Source: Octopus vulgaris (taxonomy: Eukaryota). From it: a stretch of 64,000 nucleotides of DNA. The position numbers and the translations under genes are program-made. Every line of letters starts with the position of its first letter. Within the stretch, counting starts at the first letter, position 1. Where the stretch lies: NCBI GenBank assembly GCA_951406725.2, contig OX597816.1, forward strand, positions 73,532,001 to 73,596,000, given 5' to 3'. This document shows, piece after piece, positions 1 to 17,022 of this stretch. The notes under the pieces were generated by a model. The model was not told where the DNA came from, ran no database searches, and saw only the letters and a program-made list of their open reading frames with translations.

Positions 1-51
1 TTTTTCCCAACTTGTTTCACATTTATGTGCTTATCTGGTATATATAATATA

Positions 52-114
<63 letters not shown>

Positions 115-120
115 CATATA

Positions 121-318
121 GTTAATCCAAACAAGAAAACACAAAAAAGAACACAACAACGCGAGGACGTGGAACAAATATAGTATTATTGGACGCTCAG
201 GAAAGAAGGAGGGTTTAACGTTTCGAGCGGAGTTCTTCGTCGGAAACATAGAAGAAGGAAAGATCCAGAGAAGGGAAGACAGAGGAAAAAAATCGTCAAC
301 GGTACACACGAGGTCACA
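121..318 (-). mobile_element. Penelope-like pseudo-LTR / retrozyme-like remnant with minimal type I hammerhead (213-247)
   Basis: Unique island between two (TA)n tracts. Minus strand reads GUUU-CCGACGA-AGAACUCCGCUC-GAAA-CG-UU/AAAC: stem I GUUU/AAAC, palindromic AACGUU stem III. Confidence 0.6.
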
Positions 319-576
319 TATATATATACACATATATATACATACATACCTAGTCTAGGGTAGGTCATTATGTCAATAAAATTTAATATAAACACACGCA
401 CTGTTTCAATACTACTCCATTATTTTTACCAATATATTATTAGAGTTAAATATATATTCATTAAAAATAAAGAAAAACAGTTATCACTGCCTTCAAAGTT
501 TCGCCTACAGCAAGCTTTTCGAGCTGTATAAGTATACACACACATATAATAGATATAAATATGCATATATATATAA

Positions 577-607
<31 letters not shown>

Positions 608-778
608 GACATGCATGCATGCATACGTACGTATATACATACATAGGTGGTGGAGGTGAAGTTGATGGTGATGGTGGTTGTGGTAGTGTTGGTGGATGTT
701 GCGACTGAAAAAGAGATTGCATGGTAGGCGGGAGAAACAGGAAAGTATATGAGGAAAGTATAACCCACCCCCAAAAAG

Positions 779-780
<2 letters not shown>

Positions 781-837
<57 letters not shown>
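781..837. repeat. (GATA)n microsatellite
   Basis: Perfect gata tandem repeat. Confidence 0.95.
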
Positions 838-1138
838 GGATAGAGAGAGAGAAAGAGAAAGCGAGAGAGCAGAAGTAAGAGAAAGATGTTGGGGAGGGAG
901 AGCGTGCTTGAGCATGCGTCTGAGAGTGAAGTATGATTTGAAGCAGAGACAGGGGAAATGCTCGGGAAGGGGTCTCTGGTTGGTTTTGAATAAAAATGGG
1001 TGGTGTAATAGCGATGGTGACGTTGGAGACAAGAGGGTCGCTGGAATGAGAGCTGACGGGGTATAGTTTCGCTACCATTTTTGTTTTTATTATTGTTGTT
1101 GCTGTTGTCGCTGTTGATGCTGCTGTTGTTGTTTAACG

Positions 1139-2205
1139 TTGATGATGATGATGATCATGATCATGATGACCATGATCATAATCATGATCATGATAATGAT
1201 GATCATAGTGGTGGTGGTATTTGTGTTTGTATTGGGTGTGTTTGAGTTCGTGATGGTGGAGGTGTTGGTGGATAGCGGTGGTGGTGTTTGTGTTGTGGTG
1301 GTCTTGGTGTGGTGGTGGTGGTGGTGGTGTTGGTGGTGGTGATGGTGGTGGTGGTGGTGGTGATGTTGGGAGTGTAGTGGTTATATTGTGAGTTGAGTGT
1401 TGTTTGCATAGAGGTAGATGAGTTGTAATGTTGGATAACGATAATAACGAGGAGGAAGAAGAGGAGGAGGAGAAGGAGGAGGAGTAAGAAGAAGAGGGGA
1501 GGAGGAAGTGCTGCTGTGGTGGTGGTGGTGGTGGTGGTGGTGGTGACAGTAGTGGAAGAGTGGGAGACTTCGTATAGTGATTGTCGTTTTAGAAAATACA
1601 AGTAGTGGTGGCCGTAATGGTCGTGGTGGTCATGAGTGTACTGGCTGGTGGGAGTGTTGGTGATAGTGTTGTCGGTGACATTGGCTTGGTTGTATTTGTG
1701 GTGTATGTAGGTTTTGGTGCTGTTGTTATTGTTGGTGGTTGTGGTGGTGATGGTGGTGGTGGTGGCGACGGTGGTGCTGGGTGTGTTACTGTTAATGGTG
1801 AAAGTGTTGTTCTTATTGGTGGTGCTGAGTTGTTGAGTGTGATATTGTTCATGGAGATGTCGTTGGTGGTATTGGAGGTGGTTGATATTGCTAATAGTGA
1901 TAATGTTGTATTTCCTTCTACTGTTTTTGCTGGTGGTGGTGTAGGTGTCGTCAGCGGTGGCAACGGCAGTGGTGGGGATGGTGGTGATGGCGATGGTCGT
2001 CGTCATGATAATGCTGCTGGTGGTGTGGTCTTAGTGATGCAGGTGTGGGGGGGTCGAATCTATGGTGGAGTGTAGCGAATAACGAATAGCGAATAGCCGA
2101 GATATTCACAATGTTAAGATGCGTATGAGGCAGTGAGAAAGGAACGGCTAAATGAGAAAAAGACGGCGGTGGGATGGGGGCATGGAAATGAATGGAAGAA
2201 CGGCA

Positions 2206-2265
<60 letters not shown>

Positions 2266-2275
2266 CATTATTATT
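1139..2275. repeat. Compound trinucleotide low-complexity tract (GAT/GGT/TTA)
   Basis: Degenerate (GAT)n, (GGT)n and (TTA)n runs; they explain the poly-T/V/M ORFs. Confidence 0.85.
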
Positions 2276-2554
2276 TGAACGGGTATCGATGATGATCAGG
2301 AGATGAATGGAAACCAGTAATCGAGAAGTTAGACATTTAAAGGGAGGATCAAGCAATAAAACAGGAGCTAACAACAAGAGTAACAACAGCAACAACAATA
2401 ACAACTAGGCTAATAAAGAAAGAGCGGAGAAGGCGGTGGGGAGGATTGCATTCAACGAATTGAGATATGTGATAAAGGGTGGGGTGCAGGTAGGTGCATA
2501 GGGGAGGGTATGATTGAATGAGCGACATTTTGAATACGAGAGTTGGAGCGTTTT

Positions 2555-5240
<2,686 letters not shown>

Positions 5241-5761
5241 TTAATACAGTACTTGTGTGTATGCGTTGTATTATCATTTCTTGTAGTTCCCTATATGTTC
5301 TTGTTGTTGTGTTTGTTCTTTTTTCTTTTTTTTTCTTTTTTGTTGTTGTAAAGAAAGGTAGAAGTGCAAAATGGGGGCGAGGAGGACGGTGGAGGTGTTT
5401 CGTTGAGAGCCGACAACGAACGCTTCTAATCTGTCCTATTTCACGGCGGGCTGACTTCACCCGAACAGACTCCGGTGCTTGTAGTTAGGCGATTCCAATG
5501 ACTTCTTTATACTCAGTGACAAGTGCTTAGCAACATGACAACGGATGGTGTTGGTGGTGGTCTTGGTGGCGGGGCTTTTTTTTTTTTTTTAGGTGGCGTA
5601 GCTAGCTGGTGGTCGTGTTGTATGTGGTGTTTTGAGGGGAGGATAATAGTGTTGTGAGGTGAAGGGTGGGTGTCCGTGGTGCTGGAGGTGTTTGGAGGAG
5701 GGGCGTAATGGTGGTGGTGGTGCTGCTGCTGCTGGTGGGGATCCTTGTCATCGTAGCAGAG

Positions 5762-5793
<32 letters not shown>

Positions 5794-6447
5794 AGTAGTG
5801 GTAGTATAGGTGGTGATGGCGGTCGTCGTCATCGGGTTGTTTGTGGTGTTGAGGGTGAGATGATTATGATGGTGGCGGCGGCGGGGAGGGTGTGGGTGAT
5901 GATATGTGTAGATATTGGTTGTAGCTGTGATGGTCATGGCTGGTTCTCTGGAACTCCTTAAAAACAACATCGCAACAGTGCGTAGTGTACAGGCTTTCAT
6001 TCTCACATTTTCTTCGTATTATTATCACAGAATATAATACATGGGTGAGAAAAGGGGGGGGGGACAAGATAGGGGTTGAGAGAGAGAGAGAGGGGATGAT
6101 AAGAGAGAAAGATACAGAAAATAGTAAGAGAGAAAAAGAAAGAAGAGGAAAGGAAGTGCGCGTAAAGAGATGATAAATAGATAGATGCGCAAACGTGCAG
6201 AAAACATGCGCGTATAAATATACACACATGCACACGGATGCACGCACTCACGCACACACACAGACACACACACACACACACATGAATGTGCGTGTGTGCA
6301 TAGTGAGAAAGAAATAGCGTGACAGATAACTATATATGTATATAAGAATCTATTTCCAAGCATGTGTAGGTGTGTGTCTGTGTTTGTGTATATATATATA
6401 TATATATATATATTTATGTTTACAGATACACACATATAAATATATGC

Positions 6448-6503
<56 letters not shown>

Positions 6504-6653
6504 ATTTATATGTGAGTGTGCGTGTGCGTATGCATAAATGTACATGCATATATGTATATGCATATATGTATGTAGGTATGTATGTATATATCTATCTATA
6601 TACATGAATGTATATACATCGCAATCATATATATATATACATAAAGATGGATG

Positions 6654-6703
<50 letters not shown>

Positions 6704-7127
6704 TAGATATAGATAGATAGATAGAGAGAGAGAGAGGGGGGGAGCATCTGATGAGCATCTGTATGCGCGTTCACGCATGCGTAAGTGTACGTATAGATAT
6801 GTAAAGGTTGATTACAGTCAGTGTGTATCTCTCGATAGAGCTGTTATATTATGGCGTTCCTCTAAACGAACACTTAAGTTACCACCTGACGAGATAATTA
6901 TTAGGAGGTAATATAAGCACAAACCCACACGTACCCGTTTACAGATACTCATGTGCACACACACACACACACACACATATGTAAATACATAATTTGAATG
7001 CATACACCGTTGTACATAAATGAGTACTTATGCAAAGCGTTCAAATGTGTGTATGGGTGCGTATATAAGAATCATGTGTGCATGGATGTATGTATGCATG
7101 TATGGTGAATAAATCTGAATATGTGCA

Positions 7128-7162
<35 letters not shown>

Positions 7163-7220
7163 TACACACACACATATACAGAAACCTACCCTCTTATATA
7201 TGCATATACATACACACACT

Positions 7221-7258
<38 letters not shown>

Positions 7259-7354
7259 CGTATATATATATATATATATATATAACTCTATACAGACATA
7301 TAAACAAATTTACACATGCGTATTTATAACTATATATATATATATATACATACA

Positions 7355-7387
<33 letters not shown>

Positions 7388-7402
7388 ATGTATCTATGTA
7401 TG

Positions 7403-7448
<46 letters not shown>

Positions 7449-7659
7449 TCCATATATACGTGTATATATTACGTATGTATACATAAATGTGAATGCATGT
7501 GTACGTGCGTATGCTCGATTGAATGCATGCATTCATATATGCATATAAGCATTGCATACACGTTATACATGCATGCATAAAAGCTTGCTTTAAAAGCTTG
7601 CTTGGCCGATCCTTAACATAGGCAAGTACATTCCCATACAACGACAAATGCACAATCAG

Positions 7660-7693
<34 letters not shown>

Positions 7694-8049
7694 AAACACA
7701 CATACATGCAAATAACAAGATGGAGGGAGAAAGGCAGAGACAAAGAGATAATGAGTGAGAGAACAGTTATGCAGGGTCAATGAAATCTCTACTTAACAGA
7801 AGATGCTCCATAAAGGAAGCATTCATTTACCCAATTTCTATGCAATTCATTGATGAATTAATGTTTCCTTCCTTTGTCTCCTTCTGTCTTTCCTTCTTTC
7901 CTTTTTGATTTCTTTCCTTTCTTCTTTCTTGCTTTTGTATTTTATCAACTGCCCCGCCTGCCCTTCCCTTCCACCAAATTATCTCCTCTAGCAACCTTTT
8001 CAGTGTATATTTCTCTCCTTTTTTCCACGTGCTCCCCCTGTCTCTCTTA

Positions 8050-8730
<681 letters not shown>

Positions 8731-9345
8731 ATGTCTTTATCCTATCCATCTGTCTATCAATTTGTCCATATGTATGTCTATCTATCTATTTACCTGTCAA
8801 CATTTCTATTAATCTGTACTTTATATATCAATCCCATTTCCCTATCTGTCTATCGATATACCTATCTATCGATCTTTCTGTCTATTTATCTACTTCTCTT
8901 TCAAGCCAGCCATCGATGGTTTTGTACATTAAGTTCTCTGTTTATCTACCAACATGTCTCTATATCTACGTCTCATTCCGTGTGTCACTCAGTATATCCC
9001 TCTTTATATCTCTTTACTGGTTATTTGTACTCGCTTTCCGTGTGACAATTTTAGTCATCACTGTCCTTCTCTACTCTCCCAATTCTCTGTACATATATTT
9101 ATCTGTTTATTTCCTTCAATGCTCTCTTTCTCTCCTATCCCCTCCCCACCTCCCGTGTCTTTCTATTTGCACTTACATATCTATATCCACGCTTTCATAT
9201 TAGTCTGCTGGTAACACAGGTAAATATGTAGATATATACATATTCATACCACCCCCCACATATATATATACTATATATTTTATATTATATATATATATAT
9301 GTTATATTATATTATATATATATATCTATATATATATATATATAT

Positions 9346-9416
<71 letters not shown>

Positions 9417-9693
9417 TCGATATATATATATGTATATGTATACATATATAAAATTCAAGAAATGGAACAAGAACGCAACAGACGACACGACAATAAAACA
9501 TCCGGACAGACGGACGATACGAAGACGGACAGGAAAGATCAAGGACGAGTCATTCGCCGCTTCCTCTCATCAGTCAAGTTACCAAATTATCCCTACAGTT
9601 TTGTGCTAGTTACACTTGAGACTGTTCAAATCTGGCTGCCCCAAAAAATCTCAGCTAAAAGTATTGAATTTTGGGGGAGAAAACATACTTAGT

Positions 9694-9758
<65 letters not shown>

Positions 9759-9765
9759 ACATATA

Positions 9766-10032
9766 TTCTTCAATTTGTTTAAGTCGTTTGACTGCGGCCA
9801 TGCTGGAGCACCGCCTTCACGGGTTTCAGTCGAACAAATCGATCCTAGGACTTATTCTATCGGCCTTTTTTACCGAACCACTAAGTTACGGGGATGTAGA
9901 CACAACTACACCAGTTGTCAAGAGGTAATGGCGGAGGGGAAAAAACTGACAAAAAGAAACACACACTCAGACATATACACACATACACACGCATACACAC
10001 TCACAAACACACACACATACACACACATACAT

Positions 10033-10079
<47 letters not shown>

Positions 10080-10186
10080 ACGGGCTTTTAGTTTCCGACT
10101 ACCAAATCCATTCCCAAGGCTTTGCTAGGCTCAAGGCTTGAACCCGGAAACATGTGGTTGGGAATCGAACTTCTCACCACACACCC
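9766..10186 (-). mobile_element. tRNA-derived SINE family B (internal microsatellite), decayed
   Basis: Shares gactgcggccatgctggagcaccgcc and gaaccactaagttacgggg blocks with copies at 26212 and 46107. Confidence 0.8.
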
Positions 10187-10244
10187 TTATGTATGTAAAA
10201 TTATATAGGTATACACACACACATACATACATGCACACACACAG

Positions 10245-10287
<43 letters not shown>

Positions 10288-10307
10288 CTAAAATATTCCA
10301 CCCGTGG

Positions 10308-10369
<62 letters not shown>

Positions 10370-10500
10370 GTTTATTCTTCTCTATATCGGTACAACTGGG
10401 TAAAACCCCGTAAATCCGCTATTGCAAGTAAACATGTAGCAGCTATTTATGTTGCATATTCAAAACGTTTCCCGTAAACGAAATTAAAGGATATGCTGAG

Positions 10501-10810
10501 AAGCCCTTTGGTCATGAATGACCATGGGATTGCACCTAGAAAGTTACCCTCCTAGGCATAAGTCCGGGCAAGGTTGTTTATGGGAGACCAGCAGTCGCCC
10601 ATGCATTCCGGCCTCCCCTCTCCACGTCACCGATGTCATCCAAGGGAAAGGCAAAGGGGCCGCTACAGCTTGGCACCTGTGACGTCGCAACTCATTTCTA
10701 CAGCTGAGTAAACTGGAGCAACGTGAAATAAAGTTTCTTGCTGAAGAACACAACACACAGGATTCAAACCCAGAACCTCACGATCGTAAGCCGTGAGCCA
10801 TGCGCCTTCA
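10501..10810 (-). mobile_element. tRNA-derived SINE family C
   Basis: Closely similar to 45253-45622 (ggtcatgaatgaccatgggattgcacctagaaagttaccc...ccatgcgccttc). Confidence 0.85.
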
Positions 10811-11023
10811 CTTAAAGGATATATATATGATATATACGTACATACATATATGCACATATATATATATATACATTTATATATATGCGTATAAACATACATA
10901 TATGCATGTATATATACATATATATGTAGATATGTACATATATGTACGTATATATACATATATATATATATTATATTATTATATGATCGAACGCCACGCA
11001 TCCATTTCCAAGTAAATTTTATC

Positions 11024-11072
<49 letters not shown>

Positions 11073-11901
11073 GTGGAACTGAACCCGGGACCACATTGTT
11101 GGGAAGTACGGTTCTTACCACACACCGACTCTTGTACCTATGTATAAGTATATTATGTTTGCAAAAACGATATACGGTGTCCATACCAACAATTAAAATG
11201 TGTGTGTGTGTGTGTGTGCGCGCGCGCGCGTGTGTGTGTGTGCGCGCGCGCGCGTGTGTGTGTGTGCGCGCGTGTGTTAAATAGTGAAGAAAAGTAAACA
11301 ATTAGACCAAAAGTTGACAAGGTCATTTAATTTAAACAAATTTAGCTACACAACTTTCTTCCACTGTCCAGCCTATATTTCACCAATGACAGAATACCCA
11401 ACTTACAGTCTTGCCTCGATACGATGCGCCAGTAGCTAGAATATCCCAGAAACAGCAGCCAGAGACTATTTTTTACCATTCATTATGTAGCCAAATTAGA
11501 TTAAATTAAATGTTCTTGTCAAATCTTACCTAATTGTTTGCTTTTCCCTGCTACTTTACTCTGTGTCTAGTGACTCAAATGGAAGCCACTTCTAGCCGTT
11601 TTGAACAAGGCAATCACATAACCACAACTTCTGTTCAAACTGGATTTTTTGGTAGCGCAGCTATTTGAGCACTCAGAATGCATACCAATTAGTTTGAAAA
11701 CTCCCCTTATTCTTTATCTATACCCTTATAGAAAGCAAACTTTGTTGGTTTGTTCGTACATTGACCGCTGAAAACACTAAATAAAATTGATAATATTTTA
11801 GGCTTTTGTGTCATTTTAATTAATTAGACCATTCCGCAGATAACTATGCACTTATTTTCCGAAAATGGAATGGGGTGGAGGAAAGTTGGCTCTTATTTCT
11901 A

Positions 11902-11950
<49 letters not shown>

Positions 11951-11959
11951 TACACACAG

Positions 11960-12008
<49 letters not shown>

Positions 12009-12019
12009 AGTGTAATGAT

Positions 12020-12472
12020 TTAAATTAAACGGAAATATTTAAGAGAACAAAAGGCATCAAACTTCATGCAACGCCTGAAAACTTCAACGAGAAGAAAAGT
12101 CTTCGCAGTGTGAGCCTCAGAAAAACTTGTTCCAATAACAGATAAGATGATGAATGCAGCTAAAACGTACCGGAAATACCTACAAACATCTAAAATCCTT
12201 AGAATAAGCAACAGCTGCGTTTTTTTCACGTCTTTATTGATACCATGCGATGATTTGTCCACCTTGTATCTCCTCATTGAACTAAAAGACTCGTCATATA
12301 GAAGACCTCTTAGCCTGATCGTTTTGTAGTTAGTAAGATACCACTGTACGAATTTAGGATACGTCCTTGAGATCTTGTTTTGTTCTCCCGCAGAATGGTA
12401 GTGTTGGTAATGGTGCAATTGTGTTCTAGTCCCAAAGAAGTCTGGTGTCATCGCTGTTAGTTTTCCCAACAT
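12020..12472 (-). CDS. Hypothetical 150-aa ORF with a hydrophobic segment (possible orphan gene or first exon)
   Basis: Longest non-repeat, non-transposon ORF; ATG context gaagATG; YVLAAFIILSVIGTSFS segment; no recognisable domain. Confidence 0.22.
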   Translation of the reverse strand: MLGKLTAMTPDFFGTRTQLHHYQHYHSAGEQNKISRTYPKFVQWYLTNYKTIRLRGLLYDESFSSMRRYKVDKSSHGINKDVKKTQLLLILRILDVCRYFRYVLAAFIILSVIGTSFSEAHTAKTFLLVEVFRRCMKFDAFCSLKYFRLI

Positions 12473-13637
12473 CTTCGTCTCCGATCAATCAGCTACTACA
12501 GTCCAAATAAAACTCGACCCTTCTCAAAACCAACTTGCTTCCCCTTACATATAGTTCTCTGTCCGCGTTTTACTTAAATAAATCAACCCAGTTTAATTTG
12601 AACATCACTCGCATCAATTTCACTAGCTTGGGTGGGCTGGTGGAAGGACTCCGAAAGTCATGAGTACCGCCTCTTCATCTACTTTCGTTATAATTAACAC
12701 CATCATCGTCGCCATCATCATCACAATCATCACCATCTCTCTATCATCATCGTCATCTCCGTCGCCGTTGTCATCATTATCATCATCATACTTATCTTAA
12801 CCCTTAGTAGCACCATCATTACTTGTAATAACGTCATATATCATCATCATCATCATCGTCATCGTCATCATCGTCATCATCATCATCATCATCGTCCTTA
12901 TCATCATCATCATCATCGTTATCATCATCATCATGATGCTTATCTTAACTATCAGCATCATCATCATCATCGTTATCATCATCATCATCATGCTTATCTT
13001 AACTATCAGAATCATTATCATCATTGTATCATCATCATCATCGTATCATCATCATCATCATCATCATCATCCCTATCATCGTTATGACCAACTGCATCGT
13101 TATCGACATTTAGACCCCTATTCATTTGACTGCGACACATGCTGGGGCTCATATCACAAATGCATCGATACTCAGCTATATGATCAGTTAATTTCACCAC
13201 CACCTCATCTGCCGCCGCCGCCACCACCACCACCACCACCACCACCATCACTACCACCACCATCACTACCACCGTCATTACAACAACAACAACAACCACC
13301 ACAAGAACAACAACGACCACATTATCATTATCATCATAATCATCATTATGATTTAGCCACATCTTGATCATCATCCTTTTATCGCCATAATAATCGTCCT
13401 CCACCTCCTCATCATCACCATCATCATCATAATCCCCATCATAATTATCCTCGCCATCAAAACCGTAGAATGGGTCACCTCTTTCAACTTATCTACCGCT
13501 ACCATAACCACCATTATCACTTCCATCCACAATCAACCTCATTATCGTCGCTCAAACCTCAGCACCGGACCGGAAAAAACAAAAAGAACAATGCCAAAAA
13601 GAGCAGGCAAAAAGACAGAAAAACAAGAAAACTGCTC

Positions 13638-13746
13638 CTTTTATACACTCCTTGTCTCCTTATTCTTCGTCGCCGCCGCGCCCGCCCCACAAGCCCCTGC
13701 CGTTTCTGTTCTCATAAAAGAATAATATAAAACAGCACACCGCCCC
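13638..13746 (-). promoter_or_regulatory. Candidate Pol II promoter (TATA plus GC boxes)
   Basis: Minus-strand TATAAAAG at 13638-13645, GGGGCGGG at 13681-13688 and a second GC box near 13740, in a CpG-containing island. Confidence 0.25.
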
Positions 13747-14299
13747 ACCCGACACTTTTCAACACCACTACCACTAACACCTACCTCCCTCTTTAATACA
13801 CACACCCATCATCTTTATCGTCTTCTTCAACTTCTCTATGTTCTTCTTTCTCTCTATCTCTCTCTTTCGCTCTCTCAATCTCTTTCTTTCTCTTCCATTC
13901 TCTCTCCCTCTCCCTCTTTCGCTCTCTCTCACTCTCTTTCTCTTTTTCCCTCCCTCTCCCTCTTTCTTTCTCTCTCCCCCTCTCTCTCTTTCTGCATCTC
14001 GCTTTCTTTCCGTTCCTCTCTCTCCCCTTCTCTCTTTCTTTCCCTTTCGCTCTCTTTCGTGTTCTTACTCTTTCTCTCCCCCTCCCCCTCTTTATCTCTC
14101 CCCCTCTCTCTTTCTGTCTCTCTCTTTCATTCCCTTCCTCTCCTTCACCTATATTTTTCAGTCTCTCTATCTTCCCACTCTCTCTCTTTCCCTCTCTCTA
14201 TCTCTCTGTTTTTGTCTCTCTCTCACCTCTCAATTTTTCTGTATTACATATGTATCTGTATGTGTATATATGTATACGCATAAATCTATATACATACAA

Positions 14300-14353
<54 letters not shown>

Positions 14354-14512
14354 TTGTATAAATATATATGTATGTATATATATATGCGTATGCAAAAGGG
14401 CATATACCTATATATTACATATATAATATGCAGTGTATGTTTGTGTATGTATAAGCTTGCCTTTTCAATCAATCTATCTATTTATCTATTTCTCACTATC
14501 TCTCCCTCTGTC

Positions 14513-14587
<75 letters not shown>

Positions 14588-14710
14588 GCTCTTTATAGGT
14601 GCATATATATTGTCATATGTATATGTATGTGTGTATGTGCACGTGCGCACGTGTGTGTATACACACACATTATATACAAACATATATATGTAGAAATACA
14701 TACAAATATG

Positions 14711-14786
<76 letters not shown>

Positions 14787-14803
14787 TATATATATATATA
14801 CAA

Positions 14804-14838
<35 letters not shown>

Positions 14839-14855
14839 GACATATATATATCATC

Positions 14856-14913
<58 letters not shown>

Positions 14914-16020
14914 CTGCATCTCTCTGACGTTATATCTTCAATTTTTCTTGTTTCTTTGATTTTTGCCCGAAAGATCTTTTTTTTTCCTTCTTTTCCTCTC
15001 CTTTTGGTCTGTTATTCTTGTTATTTTAGTCACTTCTATTCCATTCCTTCTACTTCTGATGATAACCAGAATGATGATGACGGCGTTGTTGTTGTAATCC
15101 ATTTCTTTATTCCCGGACAGATCAAACGTGCGAGGTCGATCCCAAGTCGAGCGGCAATGTGAAATAAATTCGCTCTGTTCGCAGCTTCCAGTTTATCATT
15201 TTGCTGACTTAAATGTATAGTTTCAGCGCCACCTGAAGCGCCCCTTAGTGCATGGCACTGGTGGCGGCAGGGTAGTGGTTTGTAACGATGGTGCTGACAT
15301 TAGTTGTGGCATTGTTAATGGTGGTGCTTGGTGTTAGTGCTGGTGGTAGTGGAATTAGTGGTGGTGGCGGCAATGGTGATGGTGATCGGTTGTTGTTGTT
15401 GTTGAGAGTGGTGGTGGTCGTAAATGGTAGTTACTGATAGGATTCTGGTGGTGGTGGTGGTGGTGGTCGTGGTGGTGGTCGTGGTGGTGGTCGTGGTGCT
15501 GGTAGTGGTGGCGGCAATAGTAATGGGTTTAGAGGTATGGATGTCATATGTCATGGTAGTAAGAAAGGTATTCATGGTGGTGGTGGTGGTATGGTGGTAG
15601 TGGTCGTTGTGGTGGTGATGGTGGTGGTAGTTGTAGTGACAGAAGCAGTAGCGGTGGCGGTGGCGGCGGCTTTTGTAGTGGTGGTGGTGGTGGTGGTGGT
15701 GGCGGCGGCTGCGGCGATGGCGAAGAGGTGTGCCAGTGGCGGGGTGTAGGGCAATCTCCATTTGCCTGGAAATCTTTGATGGGTTCGACACATTATGATT
15801 AATTGTTTTGGGGGATCTTTTTATCCACGCCATATTTAAAAGAGAAAAGGGATACAAAGAAAGAAAGAAAAAATGAAAGAAAGAAAGAAAGAAAGTTGTA
15901 GAAGTGAAGAATAATGAAAGTAGAAATTTTTTTGGAATAGGGAGAGCAAAAAACAGTGAGTGTGCGAAAAAGATCTAAATACGCAACCCCACCACGCACA
16001 CATACATATATATGTATGTA

Positions 16021-16067
<47 letters not shown>

Positions 16068-16073
<6 letters not shown>

Positions 16074-16254
16074 TATATAGAAGGAGCTTCTACAGGACTA
16101 GTACTGTTTCATTCAAGAGAAATCTTCTGAAGATTTCTCTTGAATGAAACAGTACTAGTCCTGTAGAAGCTCCTTCTATATAATAAATTAATTTTACTCT
16201 GCTATGTATTGAGTACCTTACTTACTGTGGTTAACCCCGAATCAACCCGGGACC

Positions 16255-16258
<4 letters not shown>
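16068..16258 (+). mobile_element. Fold-back element (perfect 121-bp palindrome plus tail) containing a hammerhead core; Penelope-like inverted pLTR
   Basis: 60-bp perfect arms around T16128; CUGAAGA 16127-16133, GAAA 16146-16149, GUC 16158-16160; flanked by (TA)n. Confidence 0.6.
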
Positions 16259-16289
<31 letters not shown>

Positions 16290-16292
<3 letters not shown>

Positions 16293-16675
16293 TGCAGGAG
16301 TGGCTGTGTTGTAAATAGCTTGCTTACCAGCCACATGGTTCCGGGTTCAGTCTCACTGCGTGGCACTTCGGACAAGAGGCTTCTAATATAGCCTCGACCC
16401 AACCAAAGCCTTGTGAGTGGATTTGGTAAACGGAAACTGAAAGAAGCGCGTCGTATATGTGTGTATGTGCGTGTATTTGTGTGTCTGTGTTTGTCCCCCA
16501 CCATCGTTTGACAACCGATGGTGGCGTCCCCGTAACATGGCGGTTCGACGAAAGAGAGCAGGTGAATAAGTACTAGGCTTACAAAGACTAAGTCCTGGCA
16601 TCGATTTGATCAACTAAAGGCGTTGCTCCAGCATGGCCGCAGTCAAATGACTGAAACAAATAAAAGAATAAAATA
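16290..16675 (+). mobile_element. tRNA-derived SINE family B, full length
   Basis: A-box-like TGGCTGTGTTG, B-box-like GGTTCAGTCTC, internal TG repeat, A-rich repeated tail. Confidence 0.85.
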
Positions 16676-16805
<130 letters not shown>

Positions 16806-16929
16806 GTCAAAAGAATGAAATAAAAAAAAGAACTACAGAAAGAAGAATATAAATAATGAAATTCAAAAAAGAACTAAAAGAATATGTAAGTAAAAGTCAA
16901 AGAGGAAGGAAATAAGAAGAAATTTAGGA

Positions 16930-16978
16930 AAGACAGAGAGGAAAATGAAGGGAGAGCAAGAAGCAGAAATAGAAACGA

Positions 16979-17022
<44 letters not shown>

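Noticed and set aside
10411-10423. 13-mer taaatccgctatt shared with the 63817 hairpin loop
   Set aside because: Matches of this length are expected by chance in 64 kb
11401-11480. Minus-strand GTAAGT donor with a short open frame
   Set aside because: No convincing acceptor or recognisable peptide
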